NCBI RefSeq assembly: GCF_020745735.1
Contig: NC_083401.1
Coordinates: 78,861,740 to 78,925,739, forward strand
From: Hemiscyllium ocellatum
Taxonomy: Eukaryota
Direction: 5' to 3'
Length of the DNA: 64,000 nt
Positions 35,767 through 47,777 of the stretch are shown piece after piece (position 1 is the first letter of the stretch; every line of letters begins with the position of its first letter). A model generated the notes under the pieces. It made no database searches. It was not told where the DNA came from and saw only the letters and a list, made by a program, of their open reading frames with translations. Made by a program: the position numbers and the translations under genes.

Positions 35767-37712
35767 TGTTAATCTATAGCCTCTGACTTGCCCATTCCAA
35801 CAGGAATGGTACTATTGTCCTCCACTGTGAAAACTGAGGCAACGTATTGATTGAGCATCTCTGCCGTCTGAGTGTTCTCCACTAATAACTCTCTGGTTTC
35901 ACCTTCCAAGATACCAACATTCACATTAGTGGCTGTCTTTCCTTTTATATACCTATTGAAGCTTTTTCTATCCTTTTTGATATTTGTGCTACTTTTCTTT
36001 TGTAATTTACCTTAGCTCTTTTTATTAATTATTGGTATCTCTTTGTTTATGTTTAAACGATTCCTAGTCTTCCATCCCACCAGCTGGTCTTTGCAATATG
36101 GTATACCTTAGTTTTTGACTTTATATTGTCCTTGACTTCCTTGTTTAGCCATGGATTTTTCTTTTATTGCCCTGACCACCTTTCTTACCCACTGAGATGT
36201 ATTTTAGTTGTGAGGAATTGAGTAGCCTCTTAAAGATCTGCCACTGCTCATCCGCTGTCTTACCACTTAGCCTTCCTGCTCAATCTGCTTAGACCAAATC
36301 TGTCCTCATTACTATATAATTGCCTTTGTTTAATTCCAGAACACTACTGTGGGATTCCAATTTCTCACCCCCAAACTAAATTTTGAATTCTATCATACTA
36401 TGGTCACTACTCCCTAGAGGATCCTTAACTATGATGTCATCAATTAATCTTTCCTCATTACGCAATGCAAAATCCAGAGTAGCCAGTTCCCTGGTAAACG
36501 TCTCTTTCTGAGACCCCTAAAACAAACTGCTAACTTGTCAATGCATTATTTATCATGGGTTCCCCAACTCATATTTTCAAAGGTCTCACCGGATGTAATT
36601 GTTTCTGACACTTTCCCAAATTTTCTACACTGAAGTTAATTTCTCAGGACTTCTCCCCAGTCCTGGCTGTTTGGAAACTGCTATTAACAGTACTTCTGCT
36701 ATTATGGACCTTTTCTCTCTGCATGAAATTGCTTCTGGCCTCTATCATTCTCTCTCAGTCCTGAAATATAAATCAGCAAACGCCTGAACAATTATTTCCT
36801 CAGATGGTCTCTCAAGCTAAAATCACATGATATCTTGTAAATGCTTTTTTGAACTCACCATTAAAAGCTATTTTCTAACTTATATAAAAAACACAAATCT
36901 GACTTTCCCAGGACTGATAACTTAAATTCCTTATCTCCATCACTTTGAAGTCCAATTTCTGAAACAGTATGAATATAGTATAAACATTCATCAGATCTTG
37001 TTTCAATGCCTTTTTCTCATCACAATAACAGAAGACACTTTTTCACAATGTGGATATATAAATTCTCCAGCTCCCTATTCCTTACTATTTTTTCAGACCA
37101 TTTATGATACTGCCACATGAGAAGGTAGAAAGACTCTCAGAAAAACTGAATGTGAATCAAATTCAAATTGCATCAAATTGAATTGCATTCAAAAGGCAAA
37201 TCAAATCCATCTAATGCATTTACCACTTCATTGAAGAGATATTAATCTTATGTACATAGAATTTATTTTAAATGTGAGCCATCAAACTTCTACCTTATTA
37301 ATGTTGATGCATAGCCATTGTTTTTAAGGTGGTATTTATTGTCTAATAAATGTCATTCTTGTCAGTAAAGCCAACACTGATTTTATAAAAGAGCCTAAGT
37401 TGATCTCACATGTAAACTGGCATAAAGTTATGAAGTCTGAAGAAAAACCTGTAAGTATTTTTCTTCAGAATCAACCCAATTTCAACATAGATTGAAGCTG
37501 ATCGGTAATGCATGGAGCCCTCCACATTTAACAACACAGGGGGGCCACTGGCTTTGTTTTAAGACTGAGACAAACATTGTATGATATATCCTAATTACTG
37601 CTCACCATGTTTTATGGGTGGTTGGACTCTCGGCCACCATAAAGCAGATTTTCTGCCACCTCCTTCTTTTAGGATGAGAGCCTACTTTGGCTTACTTTGT
37701 CTTATGTGAAGT

Positions 37713-37767
37713 TTGGTCAGACTCATTGACATTGCCTGTATTGGTGGATCTGATACTTCCCACTAGG
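37713..37767 (+). repeat. 55-bp direct duplicate of 44224-44278
   Basis: TTGGTCAGACTCATTGACATTGCCTGTAT(T/C)GGTGGATCTGATACTTCCCACTAGG; 54/55 identical. Confidence 0.95.
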
Positions 37768-38654
37768 AAGATTGGGGCTAGTTGGGTGGTTGCGAGGGAG
37801 ATAAATGGTTGATCAATGGGATATTTGGGAGGAGATTAGTCAGGCCTTGTTGGGGTGTTAGTTGAGTTGGCTCAGGAGATAGTTGGATGGTCATAGGGGT
37901 AGATGAGCTAGGGGAATGGTTGAGTGGTCAGGAATTTGGTTGTTAATGTAGGTTTTAAACTGTCTAATATTTCCTAGATAGCTAGACAAATAAATCACAT
38001 TGGTCTGGCTTGAGCCTCACACTCTAAGTTCAGAAACGTTTGAGAACAGACTTTGGCAGTATAGAGTCAGCTCACTAGAACATCTGAAGCAATTCCGATA
38101 TAAGTCTGCAAATTAGGATTTTCACAGGCTCTTGATGAACTTCTGTCTTATATGATTTGGCGACAGGAAGATTTGAGCCTTCATATAGTGAAGTAGTGGT
38201 TATGGCGTAAACAGAATTCTGCCAACTCTTGTGGGAGCTTAAATGCTTCCTTATTGAGAAAGAAGGCAATGCCCCTGTGCTGATCCACTCCACATCACAT
38301 TCTATCAGCTAGTGATAAGTAGAACGAAGCTCATCATACATTTACATTGTGCTGTATTAACTTCTCAGTGCAAATGTTTCACAGCTGTCTTTTTATTCTA
38401 TTATTGTTTTAGTTTTTATTAATTTTTAAAATTGTCACACATGATTACTGCTTTAATTGCCCAATTGTCTTGTCATTTACATTGTAGCATCCTCCTAGGT
38501 ATGCACACATACTAAAGAGCTTTACAAAGTAATGGCCAGGCCATTTAAACTATCTCATTGTTCATTCATAAATGGCACAGCTGCTTCATACTTGTGCGAT
38601 TCTGTGGAAGAAACTATAACCTCAGAGATTATTTCCTGCCTGTTGGTCATCGAT

Positions 38655-38860
38655 CACAGAAACATAGAAAACAGGTGCAGGAGTAGGCCATTCAGCCCTT
38701 TAAGCCTACACCACCGTTCAATATGATCATGGCTGATCATGTAATTTCAGTATCCCATTCTCACTTTCTCTCCATACTCCTTGATCTCTTTAGCTGCAAG
38801 GACCACGTCCACCTCCCTCTTGAATATATCTAACGTACTGGGCCCAGCAGCTTTCTGTTC
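38655..38860 (-). mobile_element. CR1-type 3' tail fragment
   Basis: AGAAACATAGAAAACAGGTGCAGGAGTAGGCCATTCAGCCC..GATCATGGCTGATC. Confidence 0.75.
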
Positions 38861-40797
38861 CATGGACAACCCTTGGGCAGCATTACAGATCTTTGCCCTG
38901 TCTTAATTGCTCATCCACAAAATTTACATTGAATTTTATTCTACAGGAATGAATAATGCATCTAAAATTAACAATAAAAATACCATAGATGTTTAAATTA
39001 TCTGCAATGGACAGCCCTCATATAGAAAGTTGCAGAGTTTATTGGGATTACATTGAGGATTTATCTACCGTTATGGAAAAAGGAAAATGTCCAACTAAAT
39101 AGACTTCTGGTAGTCCATTATCACTGCTGACAAAATCTTTGTGCTTTAACATTCTAAAGCACTGCCCAAAAGGCAGAACACTAGAAGTCTCAACCACTAT
39201 ACATAATGAAGTATTCACATATCTTCAGGGTATAAAAGGCAGTTAATTAGTTGTCAGATACCAATGTTCTGATGTAAAACCTAACAGTATTTTCACAGTG
39301 TGAACTCATTGCAACATTTTATACCATACAGTAATGAATGAATGATGAGCGATCAACAATATCTTAGAAGTACCTTTGCTTGCAGGTTCTATTCTGCAAA
39401 CAAATGAGCTATTCAATCACTTTTCCGCTTCTTTTAATATTTCTTTGCAGAGGCCATTGGTTAATGTGGAGCAAAGAATGATTTCAGCATACAGCGATGG
39501 AATCATGGACAAGCCTTTTCCAGTTGGATTTAGGGCAATGCAGAAGTCACAGATGAAAGTCAAAAGGCCATTGTTGCATGCAGTGAAAGACCTGGAGGCA
39601 ACTTAAAAATTACAGTCAGCTACAGATAGTGGTACTCAATACATGATTAGCTAGCTGAATTGGCTACTGGTTGCTCGTGGGCAAGATGCCCAACTGATAA
39701 TCCTCACAAATCCTCCCCTATCCCAGGGACAATGGCCTGGGGGATGGTTCCAAGGTAGCTCCCAGCTGGTGATGTAAATTGTCCACCATCTCCTGCCTAC
39801 ATGTCATGAACAGTTCCTCACATGACAGATTGTAAGCACTTCAGCAATGAAATTTTCTCTTTGCAAGAGGTCAGTTCAGTTTCACCATTTGGATTGATTA
39901 ATTCTATGAGGTTAAGATGTAAATTAAATCTTACAAGTTAATCACCCCAACAGAGCACATGTCTGGATTTTGGGAATTTGATTGTAGCTGATTCACAGCC
40001 TACATGATTCCTACCCATTCATTTCAATTGGTGATCAATGCATGTTGTACAACCTCTGAAATAAATGCACTCATGTCTATGCCCAAACTAAAAAAAGAAA
40101 GACTATATTAAAAGCATTAACTTGGAAATCTTTCCCCATGAAAATCTTTTCCTGTTGAATTTTACTTTGATACTTGTGAAATGGATTTTCCTTTATAAAT
40201 GATAGGTTCCTGCATATAGTGGGTATATGCATATTCATATTTGACAGAGGATGCAGTGAAAACTAATGATTTGTACTACACTGTAACTCATTTACATGTA
40301 TTATGTTAGCATAATAGCTATGAATTTTTAAAAAGCTTCTGATGAATATACATATTGGTTGCCATGGATTTACACCTTATTGCAAACCTGAGCTGTCTGA
40401 GAAAATACATTAGCTTGCATACAGCAAAATCTGAAAGAATGTGCAGCCTGATGCAGGTCAATACACAGGTTTAATTTTTCGCATTGTTCTGATTTTTAGT
40501 GAATTTAATGATTTATTTGTAATGAGATGCTGTAATGAATCAAAATTCAACATGATGGCTAAATAAAATCAATTCATGACTATAATACATGGTTTTCTTA
40601 TCGAATCAAATCTCTAAGAATGTAAAATACATGATACCCACCATTGCCCCTTGTACTGACTGTCTGCAACAGAATCTCAGGTAGTTATTGCTTATCCTTA
40701 AGAACAATCTGAGCAATGCTATAAAATTTAACCAACCTTTGCCATTCAACTATTATGGAAATAAACATATTCAAAAAATAAAATGGTGTCAGATTTT

Positions 40798-41127
40798 TAA
40801 AAAAATTCATTCACATGATGTGGGAATTTAGCTAGACCAGCACTTATTGCCCATCCCTATTTGCCTAGAGGGCTGTTAAAATTCAACCACATTGCTGTGG
40901 GTCTGCAGTCACATGTAGGCCAGACCAGGTAGGATGGCAGTTTCCTTCCCTAAAGAACATTAGTAAACCAGATAGGTTTTTCCAACAATCGACAATGGAT
41001 TCATGGTCATCATTAAATTCTTAACTCCAGATTTTCATTAAATTCAAATTCCATCCGCTCCCCAGAACATCAGTGAGTTTCTGGATTGATAGACTAGCAA
41101 TAATACTACTAGGCCATTCCCTCCCCT
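40798..41127 (-). mobile_element. tRNA-derived SINE family S2, near full length
   Basis: ATTCATTCACATGATGTGGG..CCAGCACTTATTGCCCATCCCT..CACATTGCTGTGGGTCTGCAGTCACATGTAGGCCAGACCAGGT..TTCCTTCCCTAAAG. Confidence 0.8.
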
Positions 41128-41904
41128 TGGTTTCTTTCTGTGGTTTCTTTCAATAATCTTTTGGCTTACTTGCTTTGGATTTTAAGGGCTAGAATTCCAT
41201 CAGTATGGCAGGAATTAGGACATGACTTGGAAATTTTGCCTACTTTCAAATTTCCTAAAACTTTTTCATCCTTTTCAATGACCTCTGATGTCACTCACAT
41301 TGGGACCATGTTGTCATGGCTTGGAGGGTCTTCAAAACCTAATCTGCCATATTGAAAGCACCAGAAACTCTGTTTTAGCAATTAACACAATGGCACTGCT
41401 GTCACATCTAAAATAACTTGTAGGATTTCCCTGTGCTCCCCCCCCCCCAACACCTGATCTGCCCATTGCCCTATATGCCTGAAATGGCTAGTATCAAACA
41501 TTAGGCCAAGAGTTCCAGATTGGTGCTCAGCCATCATTCTCTTTGCCCACGTGACTCCACCAAGTTCCATTTTGACACTGCAAAACCTGATTCCACAATT
41601 CCAACAGGCCAAAACACTGCACTGTGTACTTTGAAGATTCACCCACCATAACTAAAACTGAGATCAGAAAGTATGCCATTGCTTACACTCACGTTGAACG
41701 AACTGAATCACTTTTCATAGCTCCATCTAAAACAAACTTTCTGCATTGGTGCAGGTGTTCAATGAAATGCTGCAGATGTTTACAACCTCGGCTGGGATTA
41801 GTGATGGTCAGTTCGGCAGAAGAAGGTTTATCCCCTTAATACCATTAGCTGTTCCACTTTCCGTCTCATCTGGAGAAACAGTATTCCAAGAGTTGCTTAA
41901 GAAA

Positions 41905-42175
41905 GTAGGGTGCAGATATGGTGGACTGTTAGCACTCTCACTTCTGTCAGAGTTTGGGGTTTAAGTCCCACTCCAGAGTTATTGAGCCCAAAAGCTAGCC
42001 TGACAATTTGTAGCAATGCTGCACTTTTGGGGTGTCCCCTTTCAGATGTGATATTAACCATTAAACAGCACCTGCTCTTTCAGCTAGACAAAAAATGGAT
42101 CAGAAAACATTCTTTGAAAGATGATCAGAAGGATTTCTGACAATATCCTGGCCCAATATTTATCCTCAAATCCAT
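41905..42175 (+). mobile_element. Decayed Deu-domain SINE (SacSINE1-like)
   Basis: TTAAGTCCCACTCCAGAG..TGCTGCAC..CTTTCAGATGTGATATTAACC..TCCTGGCCCAATATTTATCCTCAA, matching the Deu-domain consensus as I recall it. Confidence 0.65.
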
Positions 42176-42866
42176 GGATTGTAAACCGTTTGACTGGTTG
42201 TTAATTTGATCATTAATAATAACAATTGATAGCAACAAGTAGAAAACACAGTGCCCACAGAGAATCAATGTCATCTGGTAGTACCATGACAAATCCTTCC
42301 TCAAGGTCTTATACCCAGCGTTCAATGTTGACTGTAATTAGGTTACAGAATATGTTTCTGAGCGTAGTATTTGGAACTGATAATCCCTGTTGAATTGATG
42401 GGACCTGCAGAAGGTCAGAAACTTAATGACAGCTGCAGTGGCTTTACTGAGGCTCTTTAACTAAACCATGGCATTAACATCTTGCTTCAAGCTTCCCCAG
42501 TTAATCAGGGATGGCGGAAGGATCATGCACTGGATTTATCAAAGGAAGGATTTCTAATTAAAGGAACCCAGCCAGGGAGTCAGATGTATGAATGATGTAT
42601 CAACGTTTTGAAGCAGCAATAGCCACAGGAATGAAATGTTAAGTGGTCTGACATGGCCCATGTTAACTTTTCTCATGCAACAGTCTGCACTTCAGCTTAT
42701 TAATTATGTAACTGGCCTCTTTGGCACCCTGTTCATGGAACTGTACTGCAGGAATGGTAGGAACACTCACTGTTTGGATGGTGTCAATCTTCTTAAGTGT
42801 TGTTTGAGCTGTGCCAATCCAGGCAAGTAGCGAGTATTCCATCACAGTCTGGACTTGTGCCTTGGA

Positions 42867-43039
42867 CAGAGGAACCTCAGCTATCTGGCATTCAATTAAC
42901 CAAATTTTGGGTGATCCAAACAAGTTCGTAAAATCCTGATGTGTGGCTAACTTTGTTATCCAGCATCAATTATCTGGCATTCGATTAACCGAACGAAATA
43001 CACCCCACCCATGTCCTTCGAGCAATCAAGGTTCCTCTG
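42867..43039. mobile_element. pogo/Tigger-like MITE
   Basis: TIRs CAGAGGAACCT and AGGTTCCTCTG; TA on right (43040-43041), GA on left; internal TATCTGGCATTC.ATTAACC repeats. Confidence 0.8.
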
Positions 43040-43154
43040 TAGATAGCGGAGAGACTTTATGGAGTCAGGAGGTGAGTTACTTTCCACAGAATTCGTTGAC
43101 TCTGATCTGCTGTCATAGCCATTGTATCTTTATGCTGGTCCAGTTTAGTTTCTG

Positions 43155-43367
43155 AGGTAAAACAATGACTGCAGATGCTGGAAACCAGATTCTGGATTAA
43201 TGGTGCTGGAAGAGCACAGCAGTTCAGGTAGCATCCAACAAGCAGCGAAATCGACGTTTTGGGCAAAAGCCCTTCATCAGGAATGCATTCCTGACGAAGG
43301 GCTTTTGCCCGAAATGTCGATTTCGCTGCTCGTTGGATGCTGCCTAAACTGTTGTGCTCTTCCAGCA
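43155..43367. mobile_element. Hairpin PLE-derived insertion with two divergent hammerhead cores, 15-bp TSD
   Basis: Loop-less palindrome centred on GAATG|CATTC (43281-43290), arms about 85 bp; TSD CCAGTTTAGTTTCTG at 43140-43154 and 43368-43382. Confidence 0.92.
43287..43322 (+). ncRNA. Minimal type I hammerhead ribozyme motif, slightly decayed
   Basis: CTGACGA-A-GGGC/TTTT/GCCC-GAAA-TGTC; C-to-T change in stem III. Confidence 0.6.
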
Positions 43368-44223
43368 CCAGTTTAGTTTCTGGTTAATGATAGTCAGAGA
43401 TTCAATTACAGTAGTGTGATTGAATGTTAAAGAATGACACTTATATTCTGTCTTATGAGAGATCTTCATTGTCTGATATTTCCATGAAACAAGTGTTGCT
43501 TTGTGATATTTCAGCTCACGTCTTGATATTGTACAGATCTTGCTGCAGTTGGACACAGCCAGCTTTGATGTCTAAGGAGTCATGAATAGTGCAATTATCA
43601 ATGAACATCCTCACTTCTGACTTTATGATGGAGAGAAGGTCATTGATGAAGCAGATAAAGCTGGTTGTGTCTAGGACATTTTCCTGAGGAATTCTGGTAG
43701 AGGTGCCTGACCATCAACAATTACAATGGAAACAATCAGTTCAGAGGATGTGTTTGTGCTGTAATGGAAGGAGTATGCAATGCACTTTATAATGGACTAT
43801 GCTGCTCCCTAATCCATTCAAAAGGTGATCCTCAAGGATATTATATGTATGGCAATAGTTACTCACATGACTGTTTTCTAATAGCACAATCATAAATATC
43901 CTCCATAAACAGGGAACATTATGGTTGTTGGCTGTTTTAACCTCGCCCTTTGTTCTGATTCTTTTACCTCACAGTCATATTACTTCGCAGAGCTGTGTAA
44001 GGGTCTATACCTGAAACAATGACTAATTGGTGTTCTTTTGCCAGCTGTTGCCTGAGCTGCTAAACATTCTCAATGGTCTTCTGTTTCTGCCTTTAAACTC
44101 AAATGCGATATATCCTGCATTGGGGGATTTGAAGCTGAGGAAATTTTCCTTGATGGGCTGCGTAGTTAGTAACTCAACCAGACAGGTTCATATCATTCAG
44201 AACAACAGTTGTTAATTGACCAA

Positions 44224-44278
44224 TTGGTCAGACTCATTGACATTGCCTGTATCGGTGGATCTGATACTTCCCACTAGG
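44224..44278 (+). repeat. 55-bp direct duplicate of 37713-37767
   Basis: 54/55 identity; left end lies in the palindrome TGACCAATTGGTCA (44217-44230). Confidence 0.95.
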
Positions 44279-44408
44279 TCCTAACTCACTAAATTTATTT
44301 CTGATGTCTGCTGGTAAATTGCATAATTTTAGTTGGTTAGACACAAGCAATAATCCAACGTAGAGGCAGCTGTTGCCAATTATTATATTAAGATAAGTGA
44401 AGGACCCC

Positions 44409-44531
44409 TGGGAGCTCTCCTGTGGCGCAGTGGTAATGTCCCTACCCCTGGACCAAGAGGCCTGGGTTCAAGTACCACTTGCTCTAGAGGTGTTTAATAA
44501 TGTTTCTGAGCAGGTTAATTAGGAAAAGATA
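44409..44531 (+). mobile_element. Short tRNA-derived SINE
   Basis: A box TGGCGCAGTGG, B box GGGTTCAAGTACC, then GCTCTAGAGGTGT.TAATAA..CAGGTTAATTAG; partial copy at about 30131-30182. Confidence 0.7.
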
Positions 44532-44584
44532 GGGTAAATGAAACAAAAAGCAGGCTCTGTTGAAGTTTTTTTGATAAAAAAAAG

Positions 44585-44683
44585 ACCATTTAGCATTTCC
44601 TATCCACCTAATCTGCACATCTTTGGACTGTGGGAGGAAACCGGAGCACCCAGAGGAAACCCACACAGACACGGGGAGAATGT
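44585..44683 (-). mobile_element. HE1 SINE central (V-domain) fragment
   Basis: CTGCACATCTTTGGACTGTGGGAGGAAACCGGAGCACCCAGAGGAAACCCAC. Confidence 0.88.
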
Positions 44684-45257
44684 GCTACACAGATCATTTA
44701 CTGATGGTGGTTGACAGTTAAGAGCAAAAAAAGAATTCTCAGTGATTTGGTGGTGGGGAAGCCATTCGGTTGTGTGTTGCAACACTGCCAGATACAGAAA
44801 GAAAAAGTGAGGCACTCCGTTTCAACTCCATTTTGATTGAGCCCCTTCGCACTCTCCCCACCTTTCCTTTGGTGTCATTGCACTGCCTTTATGGGGCTCA
44901 GCACATATACTAATCAATTGGAAAACACTGGTGATCTATTGGTGGTAGCTAAAAGGTGGAAAAATGCCATGGGTGATTTGGTGATGGGTTGGGGGTGGGG
45001 GGTAAGCAAAGAAACACTCAGCTGTGAGTCAGAGCACTTGTAGATGTAAAAATAATAAAGAAAAGAAAGAACACTGCTGGATTTAAATAACAGAAAGAAA
45101 AAAAAGCCAATGATGTACACACCTACGGACGGAGCAATAGGTATTCTCATTCAAGATTCTCAATTTAACCTAATTTTGAAGCAATTTGTTTTGATGACAC
45201 TTAAGTGTAAGCATTTTAGCAAACTAACTCTGTTCTTTTTAATCTCCATCTCCGTAA

Positions 45258-45690
45258 GGCCATAAGAGATAGGGACCAGAAGTAGGCCATTTTGTTCATT
45301 AACTGTACTCCATCATTCACTGAGAACAAGTCCAATAATCTGATTTGATAATCCTCAACTTCACTTTCTTGCCTTATTCCCATAATCTTTGACTCTCTTA
45401 TTGATTAAAAATCTGCCTATCTCAGTCTTAATTATACTTGAAGACTCAACCTTTAAACTCTCTGTGAAAACAAATCCCACAGATTCACAACTTTAAGACG
45501 AAAAAAATCTTCCTCATCTTTGTCTTAGTAAGGGTGACCTCTTATTCTGAGATGATGTCCTCTGGTCCTAGACTGTCCCACAAGGGGAAACAACCTCTCC
45601 ACATCTACCTTGTCAATCTCCCTAAGAATCACTTTCATTTCCATAAAGTCATCTCTCATTCTTCTAAACTCCAATGAGTACAGCTCCTTG
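45258..45690 (-). mobile_element. Old CR1 3' fragment
   Basis: CCATAAGAGATAGGGACCAGAAGTAGGCCATT; CTGGTCCTAGACTGTCCCACAAGGGGAAACAACCTC. Confidence 0.72.
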
Positions 45691-45777
45691 ATCCTACAGT
45701 TGGGCAGAAGATTTGAATTTTGATGGTAAAGTGAGATTGATCGGCTTTTATATTAAGGCAGCATCTGATAGGCAATT

Positions 45778-46045
45778 TTACCACATTACTGATAGTCTGC
45801 AGACCAAATCAGCTAAGGATGGCAGATTAACTTCTCCAAAGGGCATCAGTGAATGAATTGTGTTTTTCATAAAAATCAGTGATCATTGATTACTAGGACG
45901 AGCTTTATATTCTAGACTCCGAGTGAATTTAAATTCCCATCAACTGCCAGCATGGATTTGAAGCCATGATTTCAGAAATGCTAATCTGGGCGTTTGATTA
46001 TAAGGCCAGGGACATTACTGCATTAGTACTTTACCACCATTTCCC
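45778..46045 (-). mobile_element. Decayed SINE family S2
   Basis: AAGGATGGCAGATT..AAAGGGCATCAGTGAA..GAATTTAAATTCC. Confidence 0.55.
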
Positions 46046-47777
46046 CTTAATGCTTAATGCTCTATTGCAAATAAAATAATAAAATCAAACAGCATTTAAA
46101 AGAAAGATTAAATTCGCTATGCTTTATTATTCTGACTTTGTGTGAATTGTTTTAAAATTAATACCTAAGGTAGTTACTTGAAAATTAAATAAAGCACTTT
46201 TGAGATTTTGCATGTTGCCTGATTCACTAAAATTATATGAATTTGTTTTTTACACAGGATTCATAAAAAATATTGGCCGTATTTCCATCAGCCTAATCCC
46301 ATAAGGTTGCGTGCAAATAATGTACTTAATTTGAAATCATAAAAATTCCTATATTAAAAGACCTCCACATTAATGTCTGCCTGCAGCAGTAGTCTCTCTT
46401 ACTGACACCACAGTTTAAAACATTTTCAAATAATTACAACTCGTTTGAGTTCTGAAGCAGACGTTAATGAGGGTCAGTGCACTGTCAGTACTATTTTGTT
46501 TCTATATAAAGTAAGATTAGAGATAGAAAGTAATTAACTGACACAAAAGGATATGATAGACGTACTTGAAACATTCGGCATGGGGAGATGGTCTGATTAA
46601 GGTCCCTCTGTTTCGTTCTTCACAATCTGATCAGCATCACTTTCACATGGAATTAAACAATTGTGGATTTCACTGCATTCAACTCATTGAAACTTTTCAG
46701 AATCTGACAGAGTTTTCCACTTACTTGTATTGGGAGAAATTTAATGCCCTCCTCCAAGATGGAGTTTGGAGGCAGATGACATTTTAATCAGACAGGAGTC
46801 TGCAGAGTGAAGTATTCACCAACTTCCATCCTTCATGGACAATTCATGCACACTTATGGCCTTCATCCCATCTCTGCCATCATTACAGCAGAGGCGGGCG
46901 GAGCAGTCGCCATGTATGGAGCTCCCTGCGGATTGGGGGAGGGGTAACATGACATTGGAAGAGCAGCCCCAGCACCACCAGCGCAACTCCTGCCCCAGAC
47001 AGTGACCATCTCTCTCCCCTCCTGGTTGCAGTGCTTGGAATAGAGATGGAAGGGTTCAAAGGCAGGATCTTTACCTGAGGTCCTGAACTCGAAAGGCCCC
47101 ACTGCTAGCCACTTAATGGAAAGATTTTTGTCACCTGAATTAAACTCCACCATTCACTGCATCTTTCCAATTTTCTTTTTTTTCAAAAATAAAATCAGCT
47201 CTTCATTTAAGCATTATACAAGTTTTTTATTTTAAAATGGACTTGTCCTTGTTTCTCAGGTGGTATGCACATACGGATTAGGAGTAGGAGTGGGTCACTG
47301 TGTTCACTTACCCCTGGGTATTCTTTGTTTGGCAGACCTGGGCAGTGCAATCAGTAAATTGAAACACGGGGCCAGAACCACTGCTTGGTTCTGTAGAAAT
47401 GTTGGAGGTGTGTGCCTAATTCTCAGGGGAGGACATGGAAAACAAAGGACATATAGCAAAACAGAGGTCTGATTTTCTGGCCATTCTCTAGGCACAAAGG
47501 TAGCTCTGGGTGAGTCACAATGCTCAGGCAAGGAGGACAAGTGGTGGTGACAGAGAGGAGTCAAAGATTGACTGTCAATAGCTCCCAAGCTGCCATCAAT
47601 AATATGTGGAACTTGCTGAAATGCAATATAGTAAATGGATCCCAATCCAGCAACATATGCAGGCCTTCAGTTTACAAACATAATCTATTTGCTTTCAAGT
47701 AACTGACTTCTGTTGCTCTTAAGCCAAATGTGGACTCTGATTGCTTATTTTTGTCAGGATACAAGACTATCAGAAGT

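Larger units (their letters stand above)
33117..36495 (-). mobile_element. Older-subfamily CR1 ORF2, with nested HE1 and a younger CR1
   Basis: Minus ORFs: RLHLEYCAQFWS..RRNYFFQRVGNLWNSLP; GVPQDFVLG..FADDTKIGG; GKSCLTHLLEFFEEVT; endonuclease-end motif near 36400. Confidence 0.88.
42770..43720 (-). mobile_element. LINE family B fragment hosting a MITE and a hairpin PLE
   Basis: Minus frame KAQVQTVMEYSLLAWIGTAQTTLKKIDTIQ; CTTCTGACTTTATGATGGAGAGAAGGTCATTGATGAAGCAG. Confidence 0.72.

Noticed and set aside
39450-39606. Strong acceptor followed by a short open frame
   Set aside because: Peptide not recognisable; such matches are expected by chance in 64 kb
41693-41869. Minus-strand exon-like segment with good acceptor and GTGAGT donor
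   Set aside because: Stops in all three frames; a non-coding exon is possible but unsupported
44409-44480. tRNA gene
   Set aside because: Has A and B boxes but no proper cloverleaf and continues into a repeated SINE body
46730-47645. GC-richer block with a Harbinger-like peptide (IAFQQVPHIIDG)
   Set aside because: Similarity too weak and TIRs not identifiable by eye; the same applies to blocks near 50600-51560, 52010-52420 and 58150-58620
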